Below are positions 1-12,843 of a stretch of DNA of 64,000 bases, one piece after another (positions within the stretch are counted from its first letter, which is position 1; every line of letters begins with the position of its first letter). Under the pieces are notes generated by a model. It had not been told where the DNA came from. It made no database searches and saw only the letters and a list, made by a program, of their open reading frames with translations. The translations under genes were made by a program, and so were the position numbers. This DNA comes from Felis catus. Lineage: Eukaryota. The stretch covers positions 199,022,001 to 199,086,000 of the forward strand of contig NC_058368.1 in assembly GCF_018350175.1 (NCBI RefSeq), in the 5' to 3' direction.

Positions 1-2029
1 ATATATTTACTGTGTTAGTTGTTTTCTTTATTTGAATATTGTTGAGTTTCCTGCCACCAGTCCCTTTCTCCATTATTAGCAATACTTAAAGTGCTGCCCC
101 TTTAGATTTGAGGTTATGAAATGTGACAAGCAGAAAACTTCTTCACGTACCAGATCTTGGATGTTACGTGTTGTCTGCCCCTCTTGATGGGAGGCGTTAT
201 TGATCAAACACTGCATTGCACTGTAAGCGTTCGGTGGTGCAAGCTGAAGCCCCACTTTGTGGGAGAAGCAGGCAGACTGACATCTCTGATTGTAAACTCT
301 TGAGAGCAGCCGGCTCCTCCTTCAAGCCTTAGACGTAAACATGCTCCCCACCTGTCCCCCCTGCCAGCTCTTCTCTCCCCCTGCTGGTGGATGGCCTCCC
401 GTGGTGGGGGTAGAGCTGGTCTAGTGCTGGTTGTTGCACAAGCAATTTCAGATTCTCTTGGAAGTAAGTTGTTTTCAGTGCTGTAAAGAAAAGAAAGTGA
501 AAGAATGGACCTTACATTTTCTGTAAGGGAGAACCCTCTTAACACGATTTGTAAAATACCTTGGGCAAAAGCTGTTCTGAAGTCGTATACCCATTTTCTG
601 CTCTGAGATGAGATTTTCATTACTTTTCAGAATCAAAATTAATGAGAGTCCTTCCATTGTCACAGGCTTTTTTTTTTAGTAGTAATATTTATTATTAATT
701 TGCAGACGATTTAAAGAAGGACTGTGGGGACACACTTGAACTGTAGAATGTTAGCACAACTGTGCTTCCTAAGTTAGCATGAAAATGTAGTATTTCTTAC
801 ATGTATCTTCCTGCTCACATGAAAAAAAAATGTACACATATTTTAATACCACTTTGGGTGATGTACGTCTGCTATAGTCTGATACTTACAACGATAAAGG
901 CAAAATGAAACCACATTTGGGAATAGCATACGGTTGAGGCACTTTCTTTTTCTAGGTCGAGTATTGATTACGGTAAGACCTTAGAATTTTCCACTGCATG
1001 TGGGATTTAATGAAATTTGTTGACCAAGAATGTCTTTGAACATTGGTTGTTCTGATGGTGCCACTCACTGTATTCTATGTTATATAAACATCACTGGGCT
1101 ATAAATATGGTGTCCTGTTCTTGTGTGATGTAGTGTGGGGAGGGGAGGGGAGCCTTATGAACTTTGTACTTTATCATACCCTTTAAGAGATCATCAATTC
1201 TTCTGGAAGATGTAACAATTTGATATTCCTTCACAGTCAGAAATTAGTAGTCCTGGATGCTATTAGTATCCTAGCCAGTGTACTTTAAGAATGACTTATG
1301 ACTGGATATTAATCAAACAGGTTTTTAAGATAGCCAATTCTCCGCCCACATACCAGTTATAAGGTCTTGATTTTTACCTCCCTGAAAACTCAGGACTAGG
1401 AGAAGAAAAAGCTGGGAGACTTTATGTATGTAGGTATACGTGTACAAGTTTGTGCACGCGCGCTCTCTCTCTCTCTCTCTCTTTCTATCCTCTTGTCTAA
1501 AAAATGCTTTCCCAGGTCTCAAAAATAGATACTAGAAATTTAAGGGAGGGAGAGAAAAGATTACTTAAATTATAATTTTGTTGTGTATGTGTTCGATAAA
1601 ATAATTGAGTCTTCAGTAATCGATATGGTATATACTAAATTGTCACCAGTTTTAGTAAGTTAGCAAGGGGATGGCAGTGAAAGTTGCTCTGCCTGACTTA
1701 TTTTGACTGAATTGATTCTTTTGGTGTGTGCAGCGTATTTTGCCCTGTGCGATGGTACATGTAATTCATCAGACCTCCCATGCTGGTAAATGTGTGGGTG
1801 AGACGGTGGCTTGCAAGCAGGTCAGTCACCCCTAAAGAAAACAGTCCTGGGTCACAACATATAACCCACATTATAACAACAGCTGCGGATGGAGTTCTAG
1901 AGAGTCCTAAACATCACCGTTCATATAAGTTCTTCTTGAAATCCCTCCCATGATTCATCACTATCAAAATTTTGGAATAAGAAAGGTTCTGATATAACTA
2001 ATACCATATTTATGTTTTCCCCCCTTAAG
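1..2029 (+). other. ARL15: 3' part of the last ARL15 intron
   Basis: Lies upstream of the acceptor at 2028-2029; no other ARL15 coding sequence seen in the window. Confidence 0.9.
1463..1482. repeat. (CT)10 microsatellite
   Basis: Read directly. Confidence 0.9.
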
Positions 2030-2182
2030 GTCAAAAAATATTTTGAACTTGAACCACTTGCACGTGGAAAACGCTGGATTCTGCAGCCCTGCTCTCTGGA
2101 TGACATGGATGCACTGAAAGACAGCTTCTCTCAGCTGATAAATTTGTTAGAAGAAAAAGACCATGAAGCTGTAAGAATGTGA
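2030..2182 (+). CDS. ARL15: Terminal coding exon of ADP-ribosylation factor-like GTPase 15 (C-terminal 50 aa plus stop)
   Basis: Polypyrimidine tract and AG acceptor (tatgttttccccccttaag, AG at 2028-2029), then phase-0 VKKYFELEPLARGKRWILQPCSLDDMDALKDSFSQLINLLEEKDHEAVRM* (TGA 2180-2182). This matches the ARL15 C-terminus as I recall it (human IKKYFELEPL...HEAVRM). Confidence 0.97.
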   Translation, partial: VKKYFELEPLARGKRWILQPCSLDDMDALKDSFSQLINLLEEKDHEAVRM

Positions 2183-3512
2183 AATCTGGCAAAGAACACG
2201 GGTTCCCAAAGGCCTTGAACCTATCGTGTTAGTTTCTCATTTTAGTTTTATTTTGGTATCAAGACTTTAATGGCTTCAGTATCTATTTTCCTCTAGTTAT
2301 CTCAGACTCCCATCTCTCTATTAAAGTGAATATTCTATAAATCAGGTGAATTATCATCGGCATTAACGTCAAGTACACACTACTGAGAGAGAATTTATTC
2401 TCTGTTTACCACTAATTATCTTCACTGCATGTCTCTTCCTTCTGTTATTCTAAGCAGTTCTTCTATACTCTGTGCTAAAATGGATGGAATTTGTGGCTCA
2501 CAGAGATCAAATCCCTTATGAAGGACTCAGGGAGACTCCGAACTTTGACTCGTTTTCCCTGGGTTTGGGGGTAGAGTGTTATGTGACTGGGGCTCCTCAT
2601 AATATGTCTGTTGTTTCGGGTTTTTATTTTATCTTACCATGTTTTATTTTTTAGTGTTTTGTATACAGGCCTTATAGATTATGAGAGAAAAATGAGCACC
2701 AAAAATTTCAATTCATCACCTTATCAGAGAGGAATATCCTGCCAGGGTAAAACTAACTTGGAAGAACTTAAAGACAAGATGCATCATTTCCGTGATTACA
2801 TCTGAAGTCTCACTCCCCTTTTAAGAGGAAGACTTTTAGTTTTTGAGAAGAGAGGGAATTTAGGCACAACGCACGTGTCATTGATTACTTTTTCATCAAG
2901 TCCTCAAATATTTTTCTAATGGAAAGACTCCCCTGCGTAAAGTCAAGCTACAACATAATATAGGTATCTTTTTTCTAAAAATCTTAAGTGTCTGATTGAA
3001 AGAAAGAAAATAATTTTTAAAATGACTGATGCAATTTTTGAAAACAGCCGAGTGAAGTATACAGTGGCTAGGGTTTAAGCTGGCGCGGATTTGACAAAGA
3101 TAACAGAGACAGAATCCCTATATTCATCCATTAAGTGCTAATGGAGTTTAACGGAGTCGCTTATTGTCTCCAACTAGTAATGAAAGGTCTATCAGTATTC
3201 CTATTATAAACCTCTATTTTCAGGGGTTTCAGTGTGCCCTTAAAAATGTGCTGGGGCTGCAGCAAATCATTTTAGGGCCTAGATTCAGTCTTTGGAACTC
3301 ATTTTATTTTTTTCATTTAATTTAAATGATAAGATTGTAGCGATAAAGGTGCAGTTTTACTGAGGTTTGCACCTTTGACCTTTTCTAAATCAAGAATAAT
3401 CTATGGACATTGAAGTTTATGGATGTAATACTCTTTGGCACATTTTGTAGATTTTTGACCACTTAAAATGCAAAATGGCCAAATGATACAAATGTGCTCC
3501 TTTCACCTGAGC

Positions 3513-3518
3513 AATAAA
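3513..3518 (+). terminator. ARL15: Possible proximal polyadenylation signal AATAAA
   Basis: Canonical hexamer followed by gtttgtaattttt. Confidence 0.4.
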
Positions 3519-4712
3519 AACACGTTTGTAATTTTTAGGTAGCATAGACCGGTTCTCAAATACCACAGACCCACACTGTATTACAGGGTGATGTCATACC
3601 TTGTAATTCTCCAGAAGATAGACATCGCTCAACTATAGCTTTTGTGGTTTAATCTCGTAGGTGGACTTTAATGAAATCATTCCCTTTGAAACATCGAACA
3701 CTTCTTTAAGGTTTTTTTTTTTTCTTCCCATGGAACAGATCCAAAAAGATTCATATTCAGTCTTGTCTCCAGCATCCTTGAATATTTTTACACTGTGTAA
3801 TGCGTGAGCAGCACAAAACTTTTATTCCGATGACCAGTGACACAATTCCTGCGTTCGTTCTGTTCTGTCGTGCTCACGTTCTGTGACAAATAAATGATGA
3901 TTAGGCATTGCTTTCTCTGCAAGTTCATTAAATGTAGAATGTTGTCTTTTTAAGATACTGTGGCTGAGTGCTCCTAAGCCATCTGTTAAATGACTTCCCG
4001 TTGTCTGTGTGTGTGTGTGTTCATGTGTGCGCCAGTGATGGGCTTCTTCTCAGACCCACGACTGTCTGCAGTGTCTCAGCCGTCAGAATGAAAACATTAT
4101 CAATCAGTACCCAACAACAGCTGTTTTTGACAAGTTTCTGTCTGACGCCTAATGCTTTACAACTGTCAATAAGGCTCCTTCTTTGTCTGGCAGTTCGGCG
4201 CTCGCTGTGTTGCTGCTTCCGTGCGGCATCCTGTCCTTGTAACCCTAGAATTGGCCGTGTTTTTGGAAATCCACTTGCGGGGGGAGGGGGTTTGGACGGG
4301 CGAGTGTGGGTGGGTGGCGGGTGGCGGGTGTGCGTGTACATCTATTCCTACTTTCCTGTAAAGTGCCACAGGTGTGTTAGTTTGCATATTCCAATATTAT
4401 ATAGGAAAAACAGTCTGTTATGTATTTCCTCACTTAGCTTCTTGTTATATTTATGGAAGTCACCCGTTTTTGTACCTTCTTAGCTAAAGCAGTTGCCTTT
4501 TTGTAATGGCAATTAATTTATACGACAAAACTTTGTATCTACTGTAGTTTATAGTCTCGGTTGCTAATTAACTGCCACATCGCCCTGTCTTTCTATTTTA
4601 AAAGATCTGTATCTATCCTTAGAGGTTAACAGATTCATGTGGACAATTGCCAGACAAGAAGACCTTGTATTGTCCGTGATTTATATATGATTTCCACTAT
4701 TCTTCAAATGAA

Positions 4713-4718
4713 AATAAA
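4713..4718 (+). terminator. ARL15: Probable distal polyadenylation signal AATAAA
   Basis: Canonical hexamer followed by U/GU-rich sequence (tgatgtttt, tttgtgttg). Confidence 0.6.
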
Positions 4719-7700
4719 CGCTGAGTAGAATTGATGTTTTCAGACTGACTCCTTTCAAGCTTTTAGCATTTGGGAGTCGCAGATTTCTGTTTACATTTGT
4801 GTTGCCTGTTTAAGTCTTCAAAATAAGTTCTGCTGCTCTTGGGTCAAAACAAATGATTAATTCACATTTCCTTTGAAGCCATTGTGAAAACTTTAAAAGA
4901 CGGAAAAAAAAAAAAAAAAAGCAAGTGTCTTTTCCAGTTGGTTTGTCTTCAGCGATTTACTTTCATGGGAGCTGTTCCTTCAGAATGAGTGAGCAGAGTG
5001 GAGATGTTAATGCAAAGTGTCATCTTTCAGTCAAAGCATCAGTTTATAATATTTGCTGTAAAAGCAACGTTCTGAGAGGGACTGGGACGATGAACTATTT
5101 CCTTCAGTGGTGATTGCTGCCCTGAGGAAATAAATATTTTTAAGCGACTTGAGGAAATGCTGTGTATTTACAGGTCCATCCTTAAGAACGGGAGTGCTCT
5201 GTAAAAGAGAAAGAGAGTGAGAAAAATAAAAAAGATAGATGGATGGAAGAAGAGAGAGAAAGAAAAAGAAAAAAAAAAGTACATGATAGAAGAGGAAAAA
5301 TTCAAACCCCAGCTCTTGTTTGGTCCCCAGTGCATTATTCCCAACACATCCTTTGACTACCCACAACATTTCACTTCTCAGCTGGGATTCAACCTGGCAT
5401 TCCTAGTTCCCTTTGCAAGGTAGGCGATTAGTGGTTATCAAGTTCCGAAGCATCTCAGACCTATCTAAGCAAATGTGGACAGAACTGTAAAATTTTGAAG
5501 CAAATGGGTTTTCTTAATGTCCAGATGGGATATTCAGACTCGAGTGGAAATCTCATAGATTCATGCCTGGCTTCATCCTCTTTATAATTTTAGAGTGCAT
5601 TTTCATTAACCTTCTGACCTACTGGTGCAAACAGAAAGGAAAAAGTATGTGGAGGGGGACGGGGAAGTGGGAGTTGCCCTTTGGGAGCCCTCATTTTCAT
5701 TGAGTTTGGGAGGGAGGATCTGTCTTTGTTATGCAGAAACTTCAGGAGAATATAGATTCCCTGCCTCTCTTTTCCCCTACCCTAGGTTCTGGAGATCTGA
5801 AGTCCGTGCTGTGAAATGCATTATCACATCATGTTGGGAATTCCTGGCTCCCAAGGGTTCACAACTTTTGGCCCCCTCTGAGTCAGCATGATTAAATGAT
5901 TTGCATCTCGGGGCTAAATGTTTTCCAACTCAGATGCACCGAGTGACTGATGAGCCGGCACCCTACGCCACCCCACCCCCTTGCTCTGATTTAGGAACAT
6001 GAAAAGGAGCCCGTGTAATTCCCAGAAGCCTCAGATGAGATACCCGTTTCTCCTCCCCTTTCCCATTCTCTTTAAATTAAAACCTAAATGAGAAACCTAC
6101 GGTTTCATCCAAGCTGGAAATTCTGACTTCTCATCCTGGGGGGTCCTCTGTTTGTGACAAACTCTTCATAAAGTGACTTTCTGTGAAACCAAAGAAGTTA
6201 AAAGTCACTAAGAAGAATCTCTCCAGCATATGCCTTGGCTAGCATCCTTCTTTAATTACAACAAGGTGAAGTAAAAAGTCCGTGATTTTTCTTTCCGATT
6301 TTCTGTGTATCCCCATGTTGCCTTCCATCTCTGCTTTCTTGGCATGCTCTGCTCGCCAGATGCTGGTTTGGAAAAGCCACCTATGCTGTTCTTGGGCTTC
6401 TTGTCCCCACCCTTTCATGTTCCCCTCAGGTCCTCAGATCAGATGGGAGTTGCCATGGGACACTACGAATAATACTTTTTATAAGGAAATACTTCAACCT
6501 TTGTGGTTTAAAGCAGCCTCGCTTACCATAAATAGTGTTGTGAGGTCACTGGTGCCCTGTTCGGAGAATAAGGAAAGGGACTCCTCAGTTTTGTGCCTTG
6601 CTAGGTTCAGCCTGGCTTGTGACGCATTGCGACTCCGGACACCTCACTGCTCTAGCAGACGTTTCTACGGACCAACCTGGGAACGGCCATCAAATAGCAC
6701 TTAAACGATCTTCCGGCAAACTACAAAGAATGATTCATTCTTTTTTCCCCTTTTCTTATTCCACAATCTCTCCCTCTAATTCTGACGCCCTCAAAATATT
6801 CCACACACATGTTTCAGCCCGGTTCGTTCTAGAGGCAACCCTCCAACCATGGAGGTCCTGTGGCAGTGTTGTCCCCAGAGAATAAAGCCTGGCTCGAGTG
6901 CATGAGAACAGCGCACACACTGGCAGTGAAAATAAGCCTTTTAATAAGCATCGCGGTCCCCAGTGTCCCTTATTTCCCTATTTCCTCGTGGGGTATTCCT
7001 CGTGGGAGGTGGGCAAGTTGGTCGTTTCAAACAAGCCTCAGATTCCTTACATCCCAGGCAACCCTTCCTTGTAGGTGTGAAATTCGGCCTAAAATGCCAC
7101 AACCTCCTCTGACAAGTGATTCATTGAGACAAAGGCTGGAGCTCCAGCATCAAACAGATGTCAGACAAAACACCAAATGCCTATAAATGATTGCTCTGCA
7201 GGCAATGGAATGGCTGGAAGGCCTGGCCTGATGATGCACTCCATGTCTGGACAAGCTTGCAGAAGACACAGCGGTGGGGAGGGGGCAGGGGAGCTGTGTG
7301 TAAATGGAGTCTGTGAAGAAGGCTGTTTCTGGAGACAGAAGTGAAACTACTACGAGTCTCACCTAAGAGGCTCATGTAGACAAGAATGATTTCTGGCTGG
7401 TTTGTGCATAATAGATGTAAAGGTCAATTAGAAAAATGCATGTCAAGGGCACCCTGCAGGCCAGACTGGTATGATACGATGTTAAATCATTAGACATATA
7501 AATATCAGAGTAAATTAAAAATGAGAAGATTTGGTTGGAACGGAAACTGCTCAGCGAAAGGCAGAGACAGGAATGCAAACAGTGAGTCTGGCTGTCATTC
7601 TCTATAATCTGGAGCAAGTCAGTCTCGGCTCTGGCCTTCTCCACTTGTTTTACAACTTTCTAGACACGGGGTGGATCAACCCAACGCTTTTATTAAGCAG

Positions 7701-9361
7701 CTTCAACAGGATTCTTTCAGACGACAGCTTGTCAAGAGTCAACTTAACCACTGTCCCTTTTACAGGTTTTATGTCACAGTTGGAACTTTTGGTTTCAATA
7801 AGTTTAAGGGGTTCGATGAAACCCCCTGGTATGTTTTTGTTGAACACCTACTCTGTACCAGGCATCATATTAGATTCTTGGGATACAGCAGTAAATAGGA
7901 CAGACTTGGTCCCTGCCTTTGTAGGGCTTTAATTCCTAGAACATTGGTTAAGCTGGGTTATTTCTATGACCCTAGAGAATTTTTGTATTTGGGGGGGCTT
8001 TGGTAATGTTAACATTGCAATGTGAATCTCTAGATTTTTAAATGCCTTTTCTTGGTCCTAATTCTTGGTTTTCAGCCCTCCTAATTTAAAATGGTCTTTG
8101 AATGTGATTTAGTCTCTTTTGAGACCATTAATAAAACTAGAAATCTAAAACACAACAGAAAAGTCTTTGCCTCTTTTTAGCATCTGTCTCAGTAGAATTC
8201 TGTAGAAATAGCCCCTTTTATTCGGGGGGGGGGGTTGTGGGTTGTTTGTTTGTTTGTTTGTTTTTCGCTTTTACTGCGGCAACAACAAAGCATGTGTCTA
8301 GCACACAAAAGTGCTTCCAACGTGCAAAACCAAACTCTGTCACCGTACTGTTCTTTTCATCTCCTCTACATCCAAAGGGCTTTTCCTTCTTCTCTGGAAA
8401 TAGCCTGGTCTCATCATTCTGTCTGTTGATCTGACAAATGATCTGTATTTGAAATGTTGAATTTTAAATCTCTAAGGGCAAACTTCTAATGCTCCGGGAG
8501 TCTCTTGTGGTTTTTTCCCCCCACCAAATAGTGAAAGCTGCCGCGTAAAAAAGCATGCCACAATTCACATGCCCAGACAGAGGCAGTAACCTGTGAGCTA
8601 TATAACCCCCTGGCTTTTTTAACTAGTCAGCTGTGAGTTTCAACTGGATTTCGGGAGGCTGCTTTATTTTCCCCTCACTGAAGATTGGGAACCCGGAGAG
8701 ACCCCTTGAAACTCGTTATTTATTCCAGGACAGGACTTGGGCATAGTAGATCTTTTAGCAAGAGTTAATACATTTTAGATTTTAGAACAGTCCTGCAAAA
8801 TTCATACCAACACCATTCTCATTTCCTGAACACTTAAAGCCTCTACTGTTCCCTCCTCACCAGCCCTGAGCCCCACCATAGATTTGCCTTCAGAGAACTG
8901 CAACACATCCCCCTACAGCTTAGTGGCCTGGGTTCCAGGTAGGATCACAAAATAAACTGAAACAAACCCTATTCCTTCCATTCTGTTTGTTAATTTCAAA
9001 TCATCCCAAATTTTTAGGTGAACTAGCAGGATCCAATCAAGTCACATAATACCAGAGATTAACTGTGTGGTTTAATTTATACTTTGCAGTTCTGCCCCTA
9101 ACGAAATCGTGGATCCGGACAATGATCATCAGCATCTACTAACATCCCAAAGAAGGAAACAACCAGGCATTATATGCTTCCTGACTAAAGTATACAATCA
9201 CCTACGAGATGCTCTTGCCAAAAAAAAAAAAAAAAAAAAAAAAAATTGAACCTGAGTCTGATCAAGCCTCTAGATCTAAGTACTAATTTGCAGAAAACAC
9301 AGGAACAGAGATGTATGTTAAACAACATGCAGAGTTGCAGTAATTAAAATCCAGATTGTTG

Positions 9362-9560
9362 TGGGTCACCTGGGTGGCTCAGTCGCTTAAGTGTCTGACT
9401 TCAGCTCAGGTCATGATCTCATTGCTCATTGTTCAGGCCCACACTGGGCTCTGTGCTGACAGCTCGGAGCTTGGAGCCTGCTTCGGATTCTGTCTCTGTC
9501 TCTGCCCCTCCCCTGTTCGCTCGCTCACTCTCAAATATAAAATGTAAAAAAAATTTTTTT
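9362..9560 (+). mobile_element. CanSINE
   Basis: tRNA-like head (cctgggtggctcagtc), CT tract and A tail; TSD aatccagattgttg 9348-9361 / aatccagattattg 9561-9574. Confidence 0.93.
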
Positions 9561-9674
9561 AATCCAGATTATTGGAATCTTGACTGGATAAATGAGTTGG
9601 TTTCTTAAATGGCAGGAAGGAAAGAAGAAATAGGACAAGGAAGCCTATAGATTAACAACCTCTTAAGAGCCCTG

Positions 9675-9778
9675 CAGAGCATCTGCCTGGTTCAGTCGGT
9701 ACAGCAGGTGACTCTTCATATCAGGGTTGTGAATTCAAGCCCCACTATGGGTATGGAGCCTACTTAAAAAAAAAAAAG
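9675..9778 (+). mobile_element. Short, older tRNA-derived carnivore SINE
   Basis: Degenerate A/B boxes plus A tail; TSD tcttaagagccctg 9661-9674 / tcttaagagctctg 9779-9792. Confidence 0.85.
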
Positions 9779-10279
9779 TCTTAAGAGCTCTGTCAAACCA
9801 TTGCAGAGCGTGGACCTTATCTGGAGTCTGATTCAAACTACCAACATGAAAAGAGTGAAATTTGGGATAAGTGGAGGCATTTAAGCGCTTACTGAATATT
9901 TTATGAATTAAGTAATCCTTGATTACTAGGATACTCTAATCCTTGGTGTGATAATGGAATTGTGGTTGTATATTTTGTATGAAAGGAGCCCTTATCCATT
10001 GGTGACACAAAGGTGTTTATGGGTGAAATATTAGGCTGCTTGAGACTTATTTCAAAATAATTAGGTAGAGAACAGAAGAACTTATATAGATGAAACAAGA
10101 CTGGCTGTGTGTGACAACTGTCGAAGCCAGTGATGATGACGTTCACAATAACTTGTTGTCTGCCTCTGAATGTATAACTGCATTTTCTCCAAGAAAAAGT
10201 TTCTGAAAGAGAGAAAGAAGGAAAAGAGAAAGTGAAGGTGGGGGGGGGGGAGCCACAGAATAGGAGACACCTGTAATAT

Positions 10280-10548
10280 AAAACCAAGTCTGTTGCCAGA
10301 GTAGATTCAGAGCTGCTCAAATCGGTAAAAAGAAAAAAGCAATCAACTTAATGGAAGGCACTTCACAAAGGAAGATATCCAACTGGCCAATAACTTTATT
10401 AATAGGTTGATATAAATAGATGCCAGGGGCGCCCGGGTGGCTCAGTCGGTTAAACATCTGACTCTTGATTTGAGCTCAGGACGTGATCTCACAGTGATGA
10501 GATGGAGTCCCGAGTCTGGCTCCAAGCTGAGGGTGGAGCCTGCTTGGG

Positions 10549-10592
<44 letters not shown>

Positions 10593-10720
10593 CCTCCTGC
10601 TAGCACTCTCTGTCAAAATAAATAGATAAAACATTAAAAAAAAAAAATAGGGGCTACCACCAGGTAGCACTACATACTCACCAGAATAGCTAAAATTAAA
10701 GGCCATACCAAGAAGAAGTA
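10280..10720 (+). mobile_element. Degraded L1M ORF2 3' fragment hosting a SINE
   Basis: ggcacttcacaaaggaagatatccaactggccaataa ... ccagaatagctaaaattaaa are L1 ORF2-like motifs. Confidence 0.6.
10426..10647 (+). mobile_element. CanSINE
   Basis: ggggcgcccgggtggctcagtcggttaa head, long (CT)n, A tail. Confidence 0.95.
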
Positions 10721-10829
10721 AGAGAAGAGTATCAGTCTGGCATATTCCTCACCCCTGAAAATTTCTGTCCTAATTCCAAGCGGGAAGTTTGTAGCACAGT
10801 GAGTGATTCCACAGCTTGGGAGCAACCAG

Positions 10830-11030
10830 AACTGGTTTAGAGTTTGACTGCACTCTTTGCTGGTCACATGACACTGGACAGATCATTTAGTTGTGTTTCG
10901 GTTTCTCGTCCGCAGTGGAGACAATATACCCACTTCAAAGGGTTATCGAGAAGGTTAGAAAAAAATCATGCGTGTAAGGTGCTTCTGACGCTTGGCACAC
11001 AGGAAACCTGCAACTACGAGTGACAACTGT
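10830..11030 (+). mobile_element. MIR
   Basis: MIR core-like gtttcggtttctcgtccgcagtggagacaat ... tgtaaggtgctt. Confidence 0.6.
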
Positions 11031-11599
11031 GATTCCAGTAATGTTGAAAGCAACTCTCCTGCATTTCTCAGGTAGGAAACTCTGCAAGAGCTCAGGCAGG
11101 TCGAAAGGTACAAGTGGTGAGATTTTATAACCAATGAAGTTACAGAATGGCTACAACAGCAACTGGGAAGCCTGTCCTCACCTGGTCATGGAGCCCTTCT
11201 AGACCAGGTAATCTCTGTGTTTACAGAGACCTCCATAGTCTCTGTCTTTTGTCATTCAACTGGTCATTCATTTATACATTCACTCAACAAACATTAAATG
11301 TAGATTATGTGCAAGGCATTGAGCTACATGTACAGAGAATGTTAAAAACCAATTAAAAATATAACCTGATAAATCACTCAAGACTACATACTTGTTATTT
11401 AATTTTATGTTTATTTCTAAAGAAGTCGCTCATTCTTTCTAGTACTTTCTGTGTCATCATTAGCTTAAAAATCACACAAAGGCAGTGCTGTGTCTTCTGT
11501 TGACTTTTTAAATCTTTACAGCACTTAATACAGGATATTTCATGAATATTGCTGACTGGCTAACAACTTCAAGTAGGAGACGTGGGTTTCAAGCCTAAC

Positions 11600-12400
11600 A
11601 CATTTTTTTCGTAAGGCTGGGAGTGCATAAAGATGAGTTTTGTCACGAATGATTGTAAAAGTGATACACGTTCATCGTGGAAAATGCAAAGATTATTTAA
11701 AGGAGAAAATAGAAAATAATCCCCCAAAGAATCATATTAATTGTGATGTCTGTCCTTTTCATCTCTTTTCATATGTAATGTTACAAAACTGGGGTCATAC
11801 TATGCATACTGGTTTAGGACATGCTTTTGTTATTACTAACATATTAGGAGCATTTTTCCATGTCATTGGATATCTTCCTAAAACATTTTTAATGGCTTCC
11901 CAGCACTTATCTAACTCATTCCCTGTTGTTTATTTGGATTTCTGTTTTAAATGTCTCTGTAGGGGTGCCTGGGTGGCTCAGTTGGTTAAGCATCCAACTC
12001 TTGATATCCGCTCGGGTCTTGCATGATCTCACAGTTCATGAGATCAAGCTCCATGTCAGGCTCCGTGCTGACAGCATGGAGCCCACTTGGGTTTCTCTCT
12101 CTGCCTCTCTGTCTCTCAAATAATAAAAATAAACTTGCAGAAAATAAATGTCTTCGTAGAAGAATATTTATGCACATTTCTCAATGATTTCCATAGAATG
12201 AATACATACAATTACAGGTTTTGAAGTGGAATTACAGGGTCAAAAGGCATAAGCGCTTTTTAAGGTTTTTAAAACATGTTCAACAATTGCCCTCCCAAGC
12301 CTTACCAATTTACAACTCCCCCCAGTGACCAGAGGCCCATTCCTATGAGCGCAGTACCTTGTGGACCTGGGCAATTGAATGCCTTTATCCTGATTTAATA
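11600..12400 (-). mobile_element. Old L1ME 3' fragment, interrupted by a SINE
   Basis: Motifs such as gtggaattacagggtcaaaaggcat and aattgccctcc...ccaatttacaactcc. Confidence 0.6.
11962..12145 (+). mobile_element. CanSINE
   Basis: ggggtgcctgggtggctcagttggttaag head; TSD-like aaatgtctctgtag / aaatgtcttcgtag. Confidence 0.92.
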
Positions 12401-12417
12401 TTAGAAAATAAAATCTT

Positions 12418-12644
12418 GGGGCGCCTGGGTGGCTCAGTCGGTTAAGCGGCCAACTTCGGCTCAGGTCATGATCTCACGGTCCGTGAGTTCGAGCCCCGCG
12501 TCAGGCTCTGTGCTGACAGCTCAGAGCCTGGAGCCTGTTTCAGATTCTGTGTCTCCCTCTCTCTCTGCCCCTCCCCCGTTCATGCTCTGTCTCTCTCTGT
12601 CTCAAAAATAAAATAAAACGTTAAAAAAAATTCTTTTTAAAGAA
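12418..12644 (+). mobile_element. CanSINE (SINEC_Fc type, relatively young)
   Basis: Near-consensus body; TSD aaaataaaatctt at 12405-12417 and 12645-12657. Confidence 0.96.
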
Positions 12645-12843
12645 AAAATAAAATCTTATTTTAACTTGCCTTTGTGGTAACTTGATCTTAGCTAGACTTT
12701 AAACAAAGAGAACAGCTTTGGTCAGTCACCTTCTGGAGAAGTGACCATGTTTAATTCTGTATGCTGAATTGCTTAACTCAAACACTTCCCATTTGCTCCC
12801 TACGTGATGTTGAACACAGGGTAGATACACAATATCCATTGCA

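Larger units (their letters stand above)
2183..4740 (+). other. ARL15: ARL15 3' UTR (end approximate)
   Basis: AU-rich, transposon-free sequence after the stop codon, with AATAAA hexamers at 3513, 3889 and 4713. Confidence 0.75.
9130..10210 (+). mobile_element. Old L1ME/L1MC-type 3' end, interrupted by two SINEs
   Basis: Typical motifs ttgaacctgagtctgatcaagcctctagatc, gtggaccttatctggagtctgattcaaac and gataatggaattgtggtt. Confidence 0.65.

Noticed and set aside
3968..4483. 171-aa ORF and overlapping antisense ORFs in the ARL15 3' UTR
   Set aside because: GTG start, compositionally biased peptides driven by (GT)n and G-rich tracts, and no recognisable domain.
4904..4920. A17 as evidence of a processed ARL15 retrocopy
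   Set aside because: The coding exon is preceded by a real intron and acceptor and no TSD is seen, so this is the genomic locus.
9220..9245. Long A run as an independent insertion
   Set aside because: No TSD; it appears to be an expanded internal A tract of the old L1ME element.
9675..9778. tRNA gene call (also for 62203-62292 and other SINE heads)
   Set aside because: Degenerate stems, A tails and TSDs show these are tRNA-derived SINEs.
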